Both the position numbers and the translations under genes were made by a program. From the human T2T-CHM13v2.0 reference genome, Homo sapiens, in the NCBI RefSeq assembly GCF_009914755.1, contig NC_060925.1: a stretch of 64,000 bases of DNA. One strand, given 5' to 3'. Positions 1 to 14,841 of the stretch are shown in pieces (position 1 is the first letter of the stretch; each line of letters starts with the position of its first letter). A model generated the notes under the pieces. That model worked only from the letters and a program-made list of their open reading frames with translations, was not told the DNA's origin and ran no database searches.

Positions 1-547
1 CTCAGGTTGAATTACTATAATTTTAAAAAACTACTACCTGATGCTAAACAAAATTGGTAGGACGTGTGTTGGTCATGATTCTCTAACACAAAGATTTGCC
101 AAACAGAAAGTAATCTTCATTACCTATTAAGAGATATCATTTATCAAAAGAAGCCATGTGCCTATCTATCCACTTACTTTTTCAGCAAAGAGATGAATCA
201 TTATTAGCATAAAGTCATGGTTAGTATATAGTCTGGTGGCCTTTGGAGGAACATTCTTGTTCGAATCTGTCCTGTCATGGACTCAGTGAATGCCCATGTG
301 TATATTCCTTCAAGTGATATTTCATCAAGCACTCACTATGTATGACACACTGTGGACTGGAGATACCCAGATGATGGGACATATAGTTCTCAGCCTCAAA
401 GAATCTACAGCCTAGACATAGAAACATAAATATTCAGAAATAATCACAATACAATATGACGAGTGCTACAACAGGCTAAGAATAAAGGACTGCGGGGCCG
501 ACTAGATTGGAATAAAGAAATTCTGCCTGAAAGAAGTAAAAAATGCA

Positions 548-878
<331 letters not shown>

Positions 879-1701
879 TCAGAGGAGGACATAAGTCAAA
901 TGGGTCCTAAAGGAATAAAGGATGCTCAGAAGTTTACCTGGTGAAGCTAATTCTCATGGTCACAGTTTAATATAGCCTTGATTGGCTAGACTTCTAAAGC
1001 CAGTTTCTAGAGCCAAGTTCAAGGCAAACTAGTAACTCCTAGACTTGATTTTTCTATTGCTTTCTCTTGGTAATTCCCCCATTTTATTTGGTTGTAGGTG
1101 GACATCTCTTACCTAGCTAGAAATGGACATACCTTCTTGTAGCTCTGGAGAGTGAAGACCATGTCAGTTGAGTGGTACTGTCAGAGGCCAAAGAGCCACA
1201 AAAATCAGTTTCAGAGGCCCAATTCCATGGAGCTCTCTTGCAGATCCACCTCCTTATGCCCTTCTTCCCCCAAAGCTTGTTCCACCCATAAACATTGTAT
1301 GAATGGAACAGCCGTGGAAGTAGAATTAGGTTTGCAGGGCGACACTGCAGGGACCAGCCTATGTGGTAAGATTGTAGGGACACCAGGAAAGACCCCTGCC
1401 TTCAAAATATTTCTCCTACCTGTGTCTGATGTCTATATTCTGTTAATAGTACACAAGAACTTTCATGTCATGATTAATGTGCAGGCTGAACATGTATCTG
1501 CCTCTATTGGAAGAGCTATCACATTACCAAATTTATGCTTAATTATAGGTTTGAGTATAGCATTGATGAGGAGACAGAAAGATATGATGCTAGGCCACTA
1601 GGATTGCTTTGGGAGGTGGCTTAGGGCATTACATGTCTGAGAGCGAGAAGGAGATTGAGGTCCTAACACCAAATTCATTAATTTATTCAATAAATATTAT
1701 T

Positions 1702-2015
1702 GGCCAGGTGTGGTGGCTCACGCCTGTAGTCCCAGCACTTTGGGAAGCCAAGGCTGGTGAATCACCTGAGGTCAGGAGTTTGAGGCCAGACTGACCAACA
1801 TGGTGAAACCCTGTCTCTACTAAAAATACAAAAATTAGCTGGGCGTGGTGGCGGGTGCCTGTAATCTCAGCTACTCGGGAGGCTGAGGCAGGAGAATCAC
1901 TACAACCCAAGGGGGCAGAAGTTGCAGTGAGCTCAGATTGCCGCATTGCACTCCAGCCTGGGTGAGAGAGTGATACTCTGTCTCAAAAAATAAAATTAAA
2001 AAAAATGAAAATAAA
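1702..2015 (+). mobile_element. Alu (Sx-like)
   Basis: Full dimeric Alu with A-rich tail. Confidence 0.92.
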
Positions 2016-2334
2016 TATATAAATAACTATTATTGAGCATCTATGCCATGGCCTAACCTTCACATGACACATTCACATTGTATGCACTCCATATGGGGAT
2101 TCTTGGAATTGTGCAATGCAGCAGTCCTATATCTACTGTCTGACAGGCTTTGACATTTTGCCCAAGACCTACTTAGAGCTAGGACTACAACTCTGATACC
2201 ATTCAGTGGGACCACACATCATCTCATCTTAGCTTTTATCTCTAAGAATATCATCTCTGGCTCTTACCAAGTATTTCAGGACTCTTTGTTTCACCCTTTA
2301 TTGGTGATTTTCCTCTTCCCCTTCATCAACTCAC

Positions 2335-2592
2335 CGACATGGACTTCTAGCTGCACCGGGTCACTGAGGGTGGAGAGGTTTGTCTGGCACCTGTACTCTC
2401 CACTGTCGTCGACTGTGGCAGCGTCAATGAAGTAGCTCGAGGCCTGGCTTGAGATGAGGTTCTCATTGTGAAACCACTGTGTGGAATTGTCCTCAGGGGA
2501 GTAGGCTCCCTGGCACTTCAGAGTCACACTGTCCTTCTCGAGCACCCTGTACCATTGAGGCTCCAGGAACACCACAGCCTTTGGGAGATCTT
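2335..2592 (-). CDS. FCGR3B: FCGR3B exon EC1 (Ig domain 1 of CD16b), NA1/HNA-1a type; the gene continues past the left edge of the window
   Basis: 258-nt exon with AG acceptor (2594-2593) and GT donor (2334-2333). Translates [28 protein letters not shown]...HNENLISS...[11 protein letters not shown]...QLEVHV. Codons R36 (2548-2546), N65 (2461-2459), A78, D82 and V106 (2338-2336) give the FCGR3B*01 pattern; FCGR3A has S65/I106. Confidence 0.88.
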
Positions 2593-2924
2593 CTGAGGAG
2601 CCAAGATAATGTGGGGTGAGGACAGGGAGAGGAGCAGGCTCTACACTGCCATTCCCAGGGAGCCTCAAAGCCAGAATGAGCTCATTGCAAACCCATGCTT
2701 GGTGGCTCAGTCTTAGAGCATCTTGGCCCCATTTTTGGCCTATTCAGTATCTTAAGGAAAGCTGGCCAGAGAAGCACAGGGCCAAGTTCTGCTGTGTTGG
2801 AGGAACTATCCCTGCTAACCCCACATCAGCATTTTCCCATTCAACAAGCATTTCCCAATATCTTATGGCCATTGTCCCCATATGTGCCCCACTGGGTCAA
2901 TCCAAGACCATGAAGCTGACTCAC

Positions 2925-2945
2925 CAGTCCGCATGCCAGCTGAAA
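2925..2945 (-). CDS. FCGR3B: FCGR3 signal-peptide mini-exon S2 (21 nt, VSAGMRT)
   Basis: Minus strand reads ...cag|TTTCAGCTGGCATGCGGACTG|gtgagt; phase fits S1 and EC1. Confidence 0.93.
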
Positions 2946-3611
2946 CTGCAAGAAAAAAGAGTAAATCAAATATTGAGTAGGGGCAGAGATCAGAGTGATT
3001 AGAACATAGAGTGAGTTTAAAACTCCCCTGCCCTCCTCTGCCCCAGGAGCCCAATTTTCCCAAGAATCAGGATGTTTCTGGTGGAAACCTTGCTACCTGC
3101 TCTCTGGTCTCCACTGTTCATGCCTCTTGCGCCACTGTCAACACAAATCCCTATTTTCAACACTGCTCCCTTACCCCTTGCTCCCTGTGCAAACTCACAA
3201 ATTAAGGGTACAGGTTGAATTTCCCTAAACCAAGCCACAGAAACAGCCTCAACCCATATCCCCACAAGAAAGGGTAGAAATTAAAAATCATAGAGGAGAA
3301 CCCTGGAATGTCAAACTGAAAGAGACAGACCCTAGGGACCATCTAGTCGAAGCTCTTCGGTTCCACATAGTGATTCTGGGACCCAGAGGGGTGAAGTGGC
3401 TGGCCTCACTCATGAGTATGACCCAATTGGAACCAGCATTCTCCTCATTTCTAGCCCCATCTTGGCTTGTCCTGGTAGCTCAATCCACAGCTATAGATGT
3501 GGTGAGGGGTTCCATCCCTTTGTGGGAGTCTCATTCGTAGCCTGAAAAGGGGTCTCTGCTGAACCCAAGGCATCTCAAACTTCTCCCTCAACCAGGGAGA
3601 TCCTGACTTAC

Positions 3612-3651
3612 CTAGAAGTAGCAGAGCAGTTGGGAGGAGCAGCTGCCACAT
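3612..3651 (-). CDS. FCGR3B: FCGR3 exon S1 coding part (MWQLLLPTALLLL)
   Basis: ATG at 3651-3649; donor CTAG|gtaagt at 3611. An in-frame upstream ATG at 3759 gives MGGGTGERLFTPSCLVG, the FCGR3B-type extension as recalled (FCGR3A: MGGGAGERLFTSS). Confidence 0.92.
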
Positions 3652-4900
3652 GATGCCACACTGGAGTGGACAAGTCACCAAAGATATCCGGAGCCCTAAA
3701 GGGACCAAGCCGACTAGACAGGAGGGAGTAAACAGCCTTTCCCCAGTCCCTCCACCCATCTTTGTCACCTGCCAGTTTCCTTTTCTTGAAACTTCATCTG
3801 ATTTCTCAATCTGAAGTCTCGCAATGGAGCCCCACCATAGAACAGGAATAGGAAGGAAAGAGCCTGGAGGCAAGGTGGGTGGGTCTGCCCCCTTTACTCC
3901 CCCAAAGGTCTGCGGCTGAGCATCTGAGGACACACACAGTATCTGCCAGAGTGTGCCCTCAGCTTTCCCAGGATGCTTGCCCCCATCTCCTGGATTTGGA
4001 TCCACCCAGCACCAAGAATGGGACAGCAAGACCCTGGGGATGAGATTCAAGGTGGGAGGAGCATTCTCTGAGGGCTTCCTGCATTTCACCTCAGAACTTC
4101 TCACTCTCCTGCCTCGCCCAGACCCATCTATCTCCACCCGAGGCCCTGCCTGCACACAGAAAGTGGTCCTTTCAAATCTTCAGACCACTAGCAGTGTCTC
4201 TGCCTCAATATTATCTCCACGCAGAATTTCTTTCAAAATTCAAAATTCAAAATCTATATGCTCCTGGGATATGTAATCCACAGGAGCTACTGACTTTTTA
4301 GTGTGATTTGATCATTAGATTTCCAGGTTAGAAGAAACCCAGGTAGGGTAGAGAAATGGGCCCTGGAAGAACAAGTCACCAGTGAAAGGCTGAAAAGATC
4401 ACAGAAAAGGTGGGGGTGGGGAGGGGCGAGGACAGGAACTCTTTACCTTCCTCGTGTTACCCAGGTCCTGCGGATTTAGCTCAGGCCCCTCCGGGCCACT
4501 GGATCTGGGCTGGTCTGTCAGCCTAGGAGCCAGGGCTCCAGGGCTCCAGGGCTCCTTACCAGAAAAGGTGGAGGGGGGTGGCCAGGAAGTGGGAGGGTTG
4601 TTAACCTCTTCTCTTCTCTCCAGATTCTCCCCCGTAACCCCACGTTGTTTACTCTCACAATGGTCCAGGTCCCAGGCAGAAAATCAGATGACTCTGCTTG
4701 ATAGTGCCACTCCCCCAGTGGATTCGTGGACATCTGGGACAGGTCTCACCTGGCTTAGAAAAGCCCAGGAGGCGAGCAGCAGGCCCGTGTGGGCACCTGA
4801 TACTTGTTAGGGGTGGAGTGGAGGCAGGGGCTGACACAGGTGCCCGCCAACCTTTGCTATAAATGAATGCTCTTTCTACTCCAGAATGACCTAAAAACCA
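3652..4900 (-). promoter_or_regulatory. FCGR3 proximal promoter / 5' UTR region with probable alternative upstream non-coding exons
   Basis: Unique sequence upstream of the ATG; minus-strand donor-like sites GAAG|gtaaag (about 4446) and CTG|gtaagg (about 4559). FCGR3 genes are known to use several 5' exons. Confidence 0.5.
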
Positions 4901-5578
4901 CTACTCAGGTTTTGTTTTTTATTTGTGTGTTTCATTTGGCTCCTGGGTGGAGTTAATTGATCCTCCCATTGCCATCCACGTACCCACCCCTTCCCCCGCC
5001 ACACACAGAGTCTTGCAGCAGCCCCTTCTCCACAGGCCCTTGGATTGGACAACGGAAATGAACCCAGGCAGCCATTCCAGTTCTCCTTCTCAAGTGACTC
5101 ATCTACGCCTTGCAAAATCCAGACAAGTATCTGGAAACTTGAAGTTCCTTGCTGTAGCACTTCAGATGCTCATCTGGGAAACCTAAAGCAGAAACAAAGC
5201 CTTCAGGGCTAAGGATGGTCTCTGAGGCAAAAAGCGGATATCCCTCAATTCTTTCTTCTTTTCAGATATCCAGGTGGCTTTCTGCCACATGACTTCTGAT
5301 GCAAGGCCTTCACTTTGTTTTCCTTCTTTGAGGTCTTATTTTCTTATTTGACTCCTCTTTGGTCTGTGGCTCTCCAATGGAGGGAGGAATTCTTAGCTGC
5401 CAAAAGGGTGGGCTAGATAGGAAGAAGAGGAGAGAGCACAGGAGGAGAGAAAGGGACTGCAACAGGATGGGAAGCTTTCAGGGGGTTTTCATTAAGTGGT
5501 TGTTGAACAATTCTCGAATTGAGTGTTGTTGGGTTTGTAAGGGTTAATTTTACAGTAATGGATAAAATGCAAAATTTT

Positions 5579-5881
5579 GGCCTATGGTGGCTTATTGTAA
5601 TCCCAGCACTTTGGAAGGCCAATGTGAGGTGGAAGAATTGCTTGAGGCCAGGAATTTGAGACCAGCCTAGGCAACATAGAAAGACCCCATCTCTACTAAT
5701 ATAGTAATAATAATAATAGCCAGATGTGGTGGTGCATGCCTGTAGTCCCAGCTACCCAGGAGGCTGAGGCAGGAGGATTGCTTGAGCCCCGGAGTTAGAG
5801 GCTACAGTGAGTTATGTTCATGGCACTGCACTCTAGCCTGGGCGACAGAGTGAGACCCTGACTCTTGGGGGGGAAAAAAAA
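5579..5881 (+). mobile_element. Alu (J-like)
   Basis: Diverged dimeric Alu with GGAGGATTGCTTGAGCCC motif. Confidence 0.88.
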
Positions 5882-8166
5882 GAGCAAAATTTTTACAAAA
5901 GGGTAGATGGTCTTGGGATATCATATACTGAAGTGTTTATCTTCATGTTTGCTTTTCTTTCTTCTCCTTCCCTTTTTCTTCCTTCCCCTCCTCTTCTCTC
6001 CTTTTCTCATTGGAAGGCCAGGCACAGCAGAAGTTTCTGACTATGGAATTCAGTCGATTGTCATCCTCTAGGACTTACAGTTTCTTAGGGGAGAACATCA
6101 GATAAGTATTTGAAGTGCTAGAGGGACTGTGACAGTATTTATGAAATGCTGTGTATGCACAAAGAAGACAGTGGCTAATTCTATCTGAGGGAGGAGTGTA
6201 CATGGAAGAGAGAACACCTTAATTAGATCGCAAAATATTCAGCAGGAAGATTTTTGAGAGAAATAGGCATTCCAGGCAAGAGGAGCAGCATGAGCAAAGA
6301 CTTGGAGTGAAGTAGACTGTCATGTTTGCAGAGCTGGCTGTAGTTCCACAAGTGTAGTTGGATGTAGTTCCACAAGTGTAGTGAGTACTACAAAGGAGAA
6401 GCACAGGTTCCAAAAGGATTAAGATGTCTGGGTCTCACAGGAATCTGGAGGAAATCCCAACTCTGCCACTTATTTAACCTTCTAGCCCTCAGTTTCCTTA
6501 TCTGTAAAGTGAGGCTAACAATAATGGCACTCATGGCTTAAATGAGATAATGCAGATAAAATTGTTGGTTCCATATTTGGTACCACACCTGCTGATTACT
6601 ATTGTAAGTGCAAGATGGGAGGTTGAGACCTTCCTCAATTTTCTAAATTAGGTTCTGACCCCCAACCCCACCCCAGCTCCTTTCGGAGCTTGTGCTTCTC
6701 CTCTGTAAACTCATTGCATTTGTGGACTGAAAGGTCTTGGAGAGCAGGGAAGCTGTTCACCTTGTTTACCCCTGTACCCTCAACATTTAGCACAAGGGCA
6801 GGCACATACTAGGCACTCAATTAGTATTTATCATGAAGAGTTTTGTGTGTCAGGATGAACAGTACATATTTTATTCTAAAAGGTAATGGGAACTAATAAA
6901 AAGGCTTTAGACTGGGGAATCACAAGATCTGTTTTATATTTTATGAAAAGTACTCTGACAGCAGTCCAAGGAATGAGTTAGAGGGGAGAGAGATGGAAGG
7001 TGGAGGGAAAAGTTAGAAGATTATTTCAACAGTCTAGTTGAGACAAGAGCCACTCTGTTTAAAAAGTGGATATGCAATGGAAGCATCCAGGAGAGAAGTT
7101 AGGAAGGAAGGATGGACAAGACTTGGTGAGTGATTGGCTGAGGGGTGATGAAGGGGGAGAGGTCTGGGTGATGCTCGGATTTCTAATTTGGGTGATAAGG
7201 AGGATGGCAGTAGCTTTCATGGACAAAAGAAAAATGGGAAGATGAGCAGGCTTTGGGAGGGAGAGACAATGATTTCAGCTTTTGATGTTATTGAGTTTGA
7301 GGTAGCTGTGAAGGTTTCAGGTGAAGATTTCCAGTAGGCAGTGAGACACATGGCCCTGGAACTCAGAAGACAGGTCTTGACAAAAGACACAATTTAGGAG
7401 GCACCAACACGGTTGAGGTTTCAAACCTCTGATAAAAACCTTTGGGCCTTCTCCCAAGAAAGGATGCAAATATACACATTATGTTTCCTTTAATTTAAGA
7501 AGCTCTATTTGAATCCATCCAGAGATCCTAGGTTAAGATAAAGTAAGGATAAGATCTCTGAAACTGTAAGAGTATTGAGAGAGAATTAAAGGGAAACAGT
7601 GAGGGAAAGGAAGGAGGGATTGAGAGGGAGAGGAGAAGAGGAGAGAGTCAATGACAGAAACTTGACATGCAAACATTTTTGAAGCGTGCACAGGAAAAAT
7701 AGCTGACAAAGGAGTTTGTATAGGAGGGGCTGAAGAGGAGGGAACAAGGAAGTTTAGTGGGAACAGATCTTCAAGGAAGGAGTAGTCAACAATAACACTA
7801 TTAATGTGTAGAAATAATTCAAACAAGAGTTTGATTGAAATATGGCAATCAAGGAACTATTAATGACCTTTTCCTGAGCAATTTCAGGGGCTGGGGCTGA
7901 GAAACAGAAGTTTGACAGCTTTTGGTTGAAGACGGAGTAGGAATGAAATAGTGTTTAGTGAAGTGCTTCTCCTCTTCAGAATCTCCATTATGAAGGAATA
8001 GTGCACATATCATCTGGCTGTCCAGGATCACTTCCTCCTCCCCTTCTTATTAGCATATCATTCTTCCTGGATAAGCCCCACTGTGAGTACTTAATAGAAA
8101 GCAGTGATTGCTTTCTACTATGGAAACCCGAGGGTCCAGATCTTCCTTTTCCCCACTTTGGGGCAC

Positions 8167-8761
8167 TATTAAGGACTAAATTGTGTCTCTCCCAGTTCAT
8201 ATGTTGAAGTCCACATGTGGAACCCCCTATACCTCAGGATGTGACTATATGTGGATATAGAGCCTTTAAAGAGGTAATTAAGTTAAAATAAAATCATTAG
8301 GTGGGCTCTAGTCCAATATGACTGATGTCCTTGTTAGTTGGGACACAGACCCATACAGGGAGAAGATGGACACCTACAAGCCAAGGAGAGAGGCCTCAGA
8401 AGAAACCAACCCTATGGACTCAAAGGAAGAACAACAGACACACTGGGGCCTACCTGAGGGTGGAGGGTAGGAAGAGGGAGAGGATCGGAAAAAATAACTA
8501 TTGAGTAACTAGGCTTAGTACATGGGTGATGAAATAATGTGTGCAACAAACCCCCGTGATAGGAGTTTACCTATGTAGCAAACCTGCACGCATACCCCTA
8601 AATCTAAAATAAAAGTTTTTTTAAAAAATTAAAAGAAACCAACCCTGTCAACACCTTGATCTTGGACTTGCAGCCTCAAGAACTGTAAGAAAATACATTT
8701 TTGTTGTTTAAGCCACCCAGTCTGTGGTACTTTGTTATAAAAGTGCTAGCTAACTGATACA
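8167..8761 (+). mobile_element. MaLR (MLT1-like) solo LTR interrupted by a short L1 3'-end insertion (about 8417-8635)
   Basis: MLT1 motifs (CAAGCCAAGGAGAGAGGCCTCAGAAGAAACCAACCCT; CCTTGATCTTGGACTT; GTTTAAGCCACCCAGTCTGTGG). L1 3' UTR (GGGGCCTAC..GAGGGTGGAGGG...CTAAAATAAAAG) flanked by duplicated AAGAAACCAACCCT. Confidence 0.75.
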
Positions 8762-9034
8762 GGCAGACAGAGGACAGGCATATAACTGAGGTTTGGCCCA
8801 TTAGAGTCTCTTCTGAGATGAATCCTGAATAAGTGACACTTGTTTACTCATAAGGGAGATTCACTTCTAGGAGAGGGAGATGGTTGGGTCCCAGTCATCA
8901 CAGCAGTGGGATGGGCTCACCTCCTCTAGTTTCCATCCAATAAATCTTTTTCCTCTACTTAAAAGATCTGGATTCTGATAAAGTTGTTTATAACCCAGAG
9001 CCCTAAGTGACACAATAAGAAAGGAGAAGTGGAG

Positions 9035-9703
9035 GATGGTAACTAGACAGAGCTGATTCATCAAGACAGGGGAATTGCAATAGAGAAAGAGTAATTCATG
9101 CAGAGCTGACTGAGCCAGAGACTGGAGTTTTATTATTACTCAAATCAGTCTTCCAGAGTATTCGGGGAGCAGAGTTTTTAAGGACAACTTGGTTGGTGGA
9201 GGGGAAGCCAGTGAGCCAGGAGTGTTGATTGGTCAGGGATGAAATCACAGGAAGTTGAAGCTGTCTTCTTGTTCTGAGTCAGTTCCTGGGTGGGCACCAC
9301 AAGATCAGATGAGCCAGTTTATTGATCTGGGTGTTGCCAGGTGATCCATCAAGTGCAGGGTCTGCAAAATATCTCAAGCACCGATCTTAGGATCAGTGCT
9401 TAGGAAGGGTCAGAATCTTGTAGCCTCCACCTGCATGATTCCTAAACCATAATTTCCCATCTTGTGGCTAATGTTAGTCCTACAAAGACAATCTAGTCTT
9501 CAGAAAAAAAGGAGGTCTGCCCTGGGAAAGGGCTGTTATCATCTTTGCTTTAAACCACAAACTATAAACTAAGTTTCTCCCAAAGTTAGTTCAGCCTATG
9601 CCCAAGAATGAGGAAAGACAGCTTGGAGGTTAGAAGCAAGATGGAGTCAATTAAGTTAGATCTCTCTCACTGTTTCAGACACAATTCTGCAAAGGTAGTT
9701 TCA
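9035..9703 (-). mobile_element. ERV1 solo LTR (LTR8-like)
   Basis: Reverse complement begins TGAAACTACCTTTGCAGAATT...GACTCCATCTTGCTTCTAACC, typical of the LTR8 family. Confidence 0.75.
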
Positions 9704-10489
9704 AGAGAATGGGAGTTTTTGTTTTCCTTAAGTGAAAGATTTGAGCTTGGTTATAGGTCTTTGGGAAGAAGCCAGCAGGGTGGGAGAAGTTGGATGCCTA
9801 ACAGGGACGGAATACCTAGAGAAGCAAGTGTGGGTCCTGAGGAGATGGAAATGGGACATGGACAGGGAGTTGGCTGTGAACTGGATACGGATTACCTCTC
9901 GCTCTGAGCTGAAGGGAGGGGCTGAGGGGGTACATATGCAAATCCATTTTCAGATGTTGAGTGACCATCCACATCTGCTGGTCCTGATTTTCTTGGTTAA
10001 GGAGGAGTCAAAGACACCTGTCGAGAAAGAGTGGGTAACAGTTGTGGTGGGGGTTTGAGAACACCAGAGTTGAGAATGGCCATTGTGGTGCATGGGAGAA
10101 GGAGCCGACTGTTTGTATGTACAAGAATTACCAAGAATTCCAAACAATTGTAAGGATTGCTAAGCAATGCCAAGGGCCCACCTGAGGTGGGTCACTATGG
10201 ATTTGTAGCTGGATCAGTCTTCAGTGCTGGTAACATTTCTCCAGTTGTACTCAGTGCCAACTGCTGTCTGATTAGCCTGCTGAAAACAGTCCTGAGCAGG
10301 AGTGGAGGGAGGTCCTACAACCTGTATTACCTCCAAAGCAGCTCAACCAGACTGAGGAAATGCTAGAATGAAGGTATGTGGGCTTTCAGTGAGCTCATCC
10401 AAGACAAGTAGTCAGGAAGGCTGTGAGAAAGGTAGGCTGGCCTGGCAGTCTTTGGTATAGTCCAGCAGTTGAGTTCCAGTTACCTATTG

Positions 10490-11830
10490 CTGTAACTGTA
10501 GAAAAAACAAACTCAGTTCCTCCCACTATGCTCTCACAACACATTTCTGACAACAGATATGTGGGGATTTCTCTCCACTGGCAAGCAAGCAAGCAAGCAA
10601 TTCAGCAGTGGGCACCAACTGGGTGTCTTCTAATCCAGTGGTCCCCAAAATTTTTGGCACCAGGGATTGGCTTCATGGAAGACAATTTTTCCTCGGACAG
10701 GGGTAGGGGGGTGGGGGATGGTTTCAGGATGATTCAAGTGCATTACATTTATTGTGCACTTCATTTCTATTATTATTACAGTGTAATATTTAATGAAGTA
10801 ATTATACAACTTACCATAATGTAGACTCAGGGGGAGCCCCGAGCTTGTTTTCTTGCAACTAGACAGTCCCATCTAGGGTGATGGGAGACAATGCCAGGTC
10901 ATCAGGCACTAGATTCTCATAAGGAGAACGCAACCTAGATCCCTTGCATGCGTACTTCACAATAGGGTTCATGCTCCTGTGATAATTTAATGCCACAGCT
11001 GATCTGACAGGAGGAGGAGCTCAGGCGGTGATGTGAGCCATGGGGATCTACTGTAAATACAGATAAAGCTTTGCTCCCCACCTGCCCCTCACTTCCTGCT
11101 GTGCAGCCCAGTTCCTAAGAGGTCACTGACAACTACAAATCTGGGGATTGGGACTTCTGCTCGAATTCAATTGAATTCCAACACTATCTAACTGGAAATA
11201 GCATCAGGTGACACAAGTGAAGGGCTCAGTCTCACAAGACACTTCTGATATTGCAGGGTGAAGCCCCAGGTTGTTTTATCTGTGCTTTTGACCAACCAGT
11301 TATAAATGGGGGTTCCCACCACCTGCATCTTGGGTTCAATTAATTTGCTAGAGTGGCTCTCAGTACTCAGGGAAACATTTACATTTATCAGTTTGTGATA
11401 AAGAATATTACAAAGGACACAAGTAAAGAGTACATAGGGCAAGACCTGTGGGAAGGGGCTTGGAGCTTCCATGCCCTCTGGTGCACTACCCTCCAAGAAC
11501 CTCTCTGTGTTCGGCTCTCTGGAGGATCTCCAAACCCTGTCCTTTTGGGTTTTTATGGGAGCTTTATTACTTAGGAATGATTAATTAAATCATTGGCTAT
11601 TGGTGATCAATTCAACCTTCAGCCCCTCTCCACTTCCCAGAGGGAGTTTGGAGGGTGGAGCTGAAAGCCCCAATCCTCTGACCTTGCCATGATCTTTCTT
11701 GTGCCCAGCCCCTGTTATGAAGCTACCTAAGAGCTGCCAGCCATCAGTTACCTCATTAGCACACCAAAAGACATCACTTTGGAGATTCTAAGGATTTTAG
11801 GAGTTGTATGCCAGGAAAAAGGATGAAGAC
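10490..11830 (-). mobile_element. Old LTR (MER21-like) with a nested MER1A-like hAT DNA transposon (about 10636-11160)
   Basis: MER1 terminus CAGTGGTCCCCAA..TTTTTGGCACCAGGGA and body GATTCTCATAAGGAG..CAACCTAGATCCC; the flanks resemble MER21. Confidence 0.6.
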
Positions 11831-13813
11831 TGTATAAAGGACCCTTGACATAACTAACTCCATCTTAGAAAAAGACTCCATTTTATATTTCGTAGGGCAT
11901 TTGGCCAACAAGATAAAATGTTCTAAGAAACAAATTAAAAATGATAAAGACTGCATCCGACCAAATAAGGCCACAGACAAGCACACTCTTCCAACTTTCA
12001 GTTCTTATCACAGGACTCCATGACTAAAAGAGAAGGCCTTCAGCAGCTTGAAATGGCTATCTTAGCTGACACTGTCTTGCAGTCACTCATGATGATAATT
12101 TGGCATCTGCCACTGAAGGCTCTGCCACCTCAGACTCTTCTTTGCAAGACCAACGGGTAGCCAGGCCCAGACCAGGACTCCTTTGGTCTTCTTAGATCCT
12201 CATCAACAGGCTTATTAACCCTTTCTCCTGTCTCTTTTCCCTCTTGATGTTAAATAGTACTTAGTTTGTTGTGGAACGTTTAACCTATAACATTTATGTA
12301 AATGTTATAGGTAGAGAGGATTGCCATATTTGGGAGAGAGGGTCTCTCTCTCTCTCTCCCACTGGACGTGAACAAGGGCTCATTTTGTCCTAAGGTCTTG
12401 CTGGCAGCTATCGTTAAGACTTTATAACATTTAGGAGCTATACAGCTTCTCTTTCTGCTGTAGTCTAATCACCAGAAGTTATAAGCCCACCCAGATTCAA
12501 GGGTAGAGGATGTAGGCCTCATTTCTGGATGGAGAGAGTGTCAAAGAATTTGCAGCCGTGTTTTAGTGCTGCCACAACTAGCTACTCTAATACACTTTAA
12601 AGATTTCTTGATTCTTCGGTGGTGTGATTAGAGTAAAATCCTGAAAAATAGAAAGGCCTGGGGGAAGGGGAGACTGTAAGATCTAGGGAAGGGAAAATTT
12701 TTTATCCTATTCTAAGAACAATCACAGGAAGAAGGGAGGTAGTTGGTACTAACTAGAAAGAAGCAAGTCAGACAGACATTATCCATTCATCCCCTCCCAG
12801 GTCCAAGAGTTTGCTTACGATTATAAACAGCAAGAAGACTGTATTTCGTGATGCTCTCTTAGCTCAGGGCTACAGAGCAATGCTGTTGTATGTAGGAAAG
12901 AATGATTTCTTGAACTTGAATCCACAGTAGGTTCTGAGTTTTTTCCAACTCAACAATTGCTATGCTCAGTTAACTCAACAAATAGAATATGATGTACTAG
13001 CCTGATATCCATCCCTCTCCCTCCCTTCTAATATAACCTTGATTCTATTCAGGAATCACCCTCATATGCAGAGGTGGATCTTGACTGATCTAAGCCACTC
13101 AGGGTGTAGCATTCCCCTGGCTTTTATTGGTTAAGTGGGAGCAGACGGAACTTTGTCCTAAATAGGGCCAATCTGGTAGAGGGGAGTGCCATGTTTGGGA
13201 GAGATGATCTCTCTCTCCCACTGTACATGAACAAGGGCTCATTTTGTCCTAGGTTCTGCTGGCAAAACCTAAGATTTTGAAGGCAGCCAGTCTGAGGTCA
13301 ATGCCAAAAAATCAAGGAGGACAGAGTGGAGGGATAGAATATGGTCTTGGTGACATCACTGAGCTTCTAACGCAACCAACCCAGATTTCTTACAATTTCA
13401 AGTAAATTTCCCTGCTGTTTAAGCCAATTTAAGTCAGGGCTTGTTACCTTCATCCAAAGGCATCCTAGTGAATACCTTGGTATTTACTGAGTACCTACTA
13501 AAAGGATAAGAAACTCTTTTTCTGGAAGGAGCTAATAATGAACAGGGGAGGAAACTTGACATTTAATGAAGAAGAAAGAAATGCTGACATGGAGACCAGG
13601 AGCTCTAGACCTAGCTATGTCACCCAGGGTGACCACCAATTAAATTGTCTAGATCTCAGTCTCTACAATCATGAAATGAGAAAGTGGAGTGTGGACTGTA
13701 TGTTTGCTAAGATCTCCTCTGGCTAAATTACTGTGTTTTAATGTCAACTAGAGGAAATATGACGCCCCCACTTTTTTTTTTTGGTAAGCATCAGTGGTCC
13801 ACAAAGAATTTAA

Positions 13814-14841
<1,028 letters not shown>

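Noticed and set aside
2335-3759. Calling the left-hand gene FCGR3A because it neighbours FCGR2C
   Set aside because: Codons N65 and V106 and the MGGGTG..TPS extension are FCGR3B-type. The decisive TM exon is outside the window, so some doubt remains.
3451-4155. 234-aa ORF as a separate gene
   Set aside because: It is the FCGR3 5' region and exon S1 read through into intron 1.
6339-6382. 20-bp direct repeat TGTAGTTCCACAAGTGTAGT x2 as a CRISPR-like array
   Set aside because: Only two copies 4 nt apart within an old L2-like sequence in a human genome; a simple tandem duplication.
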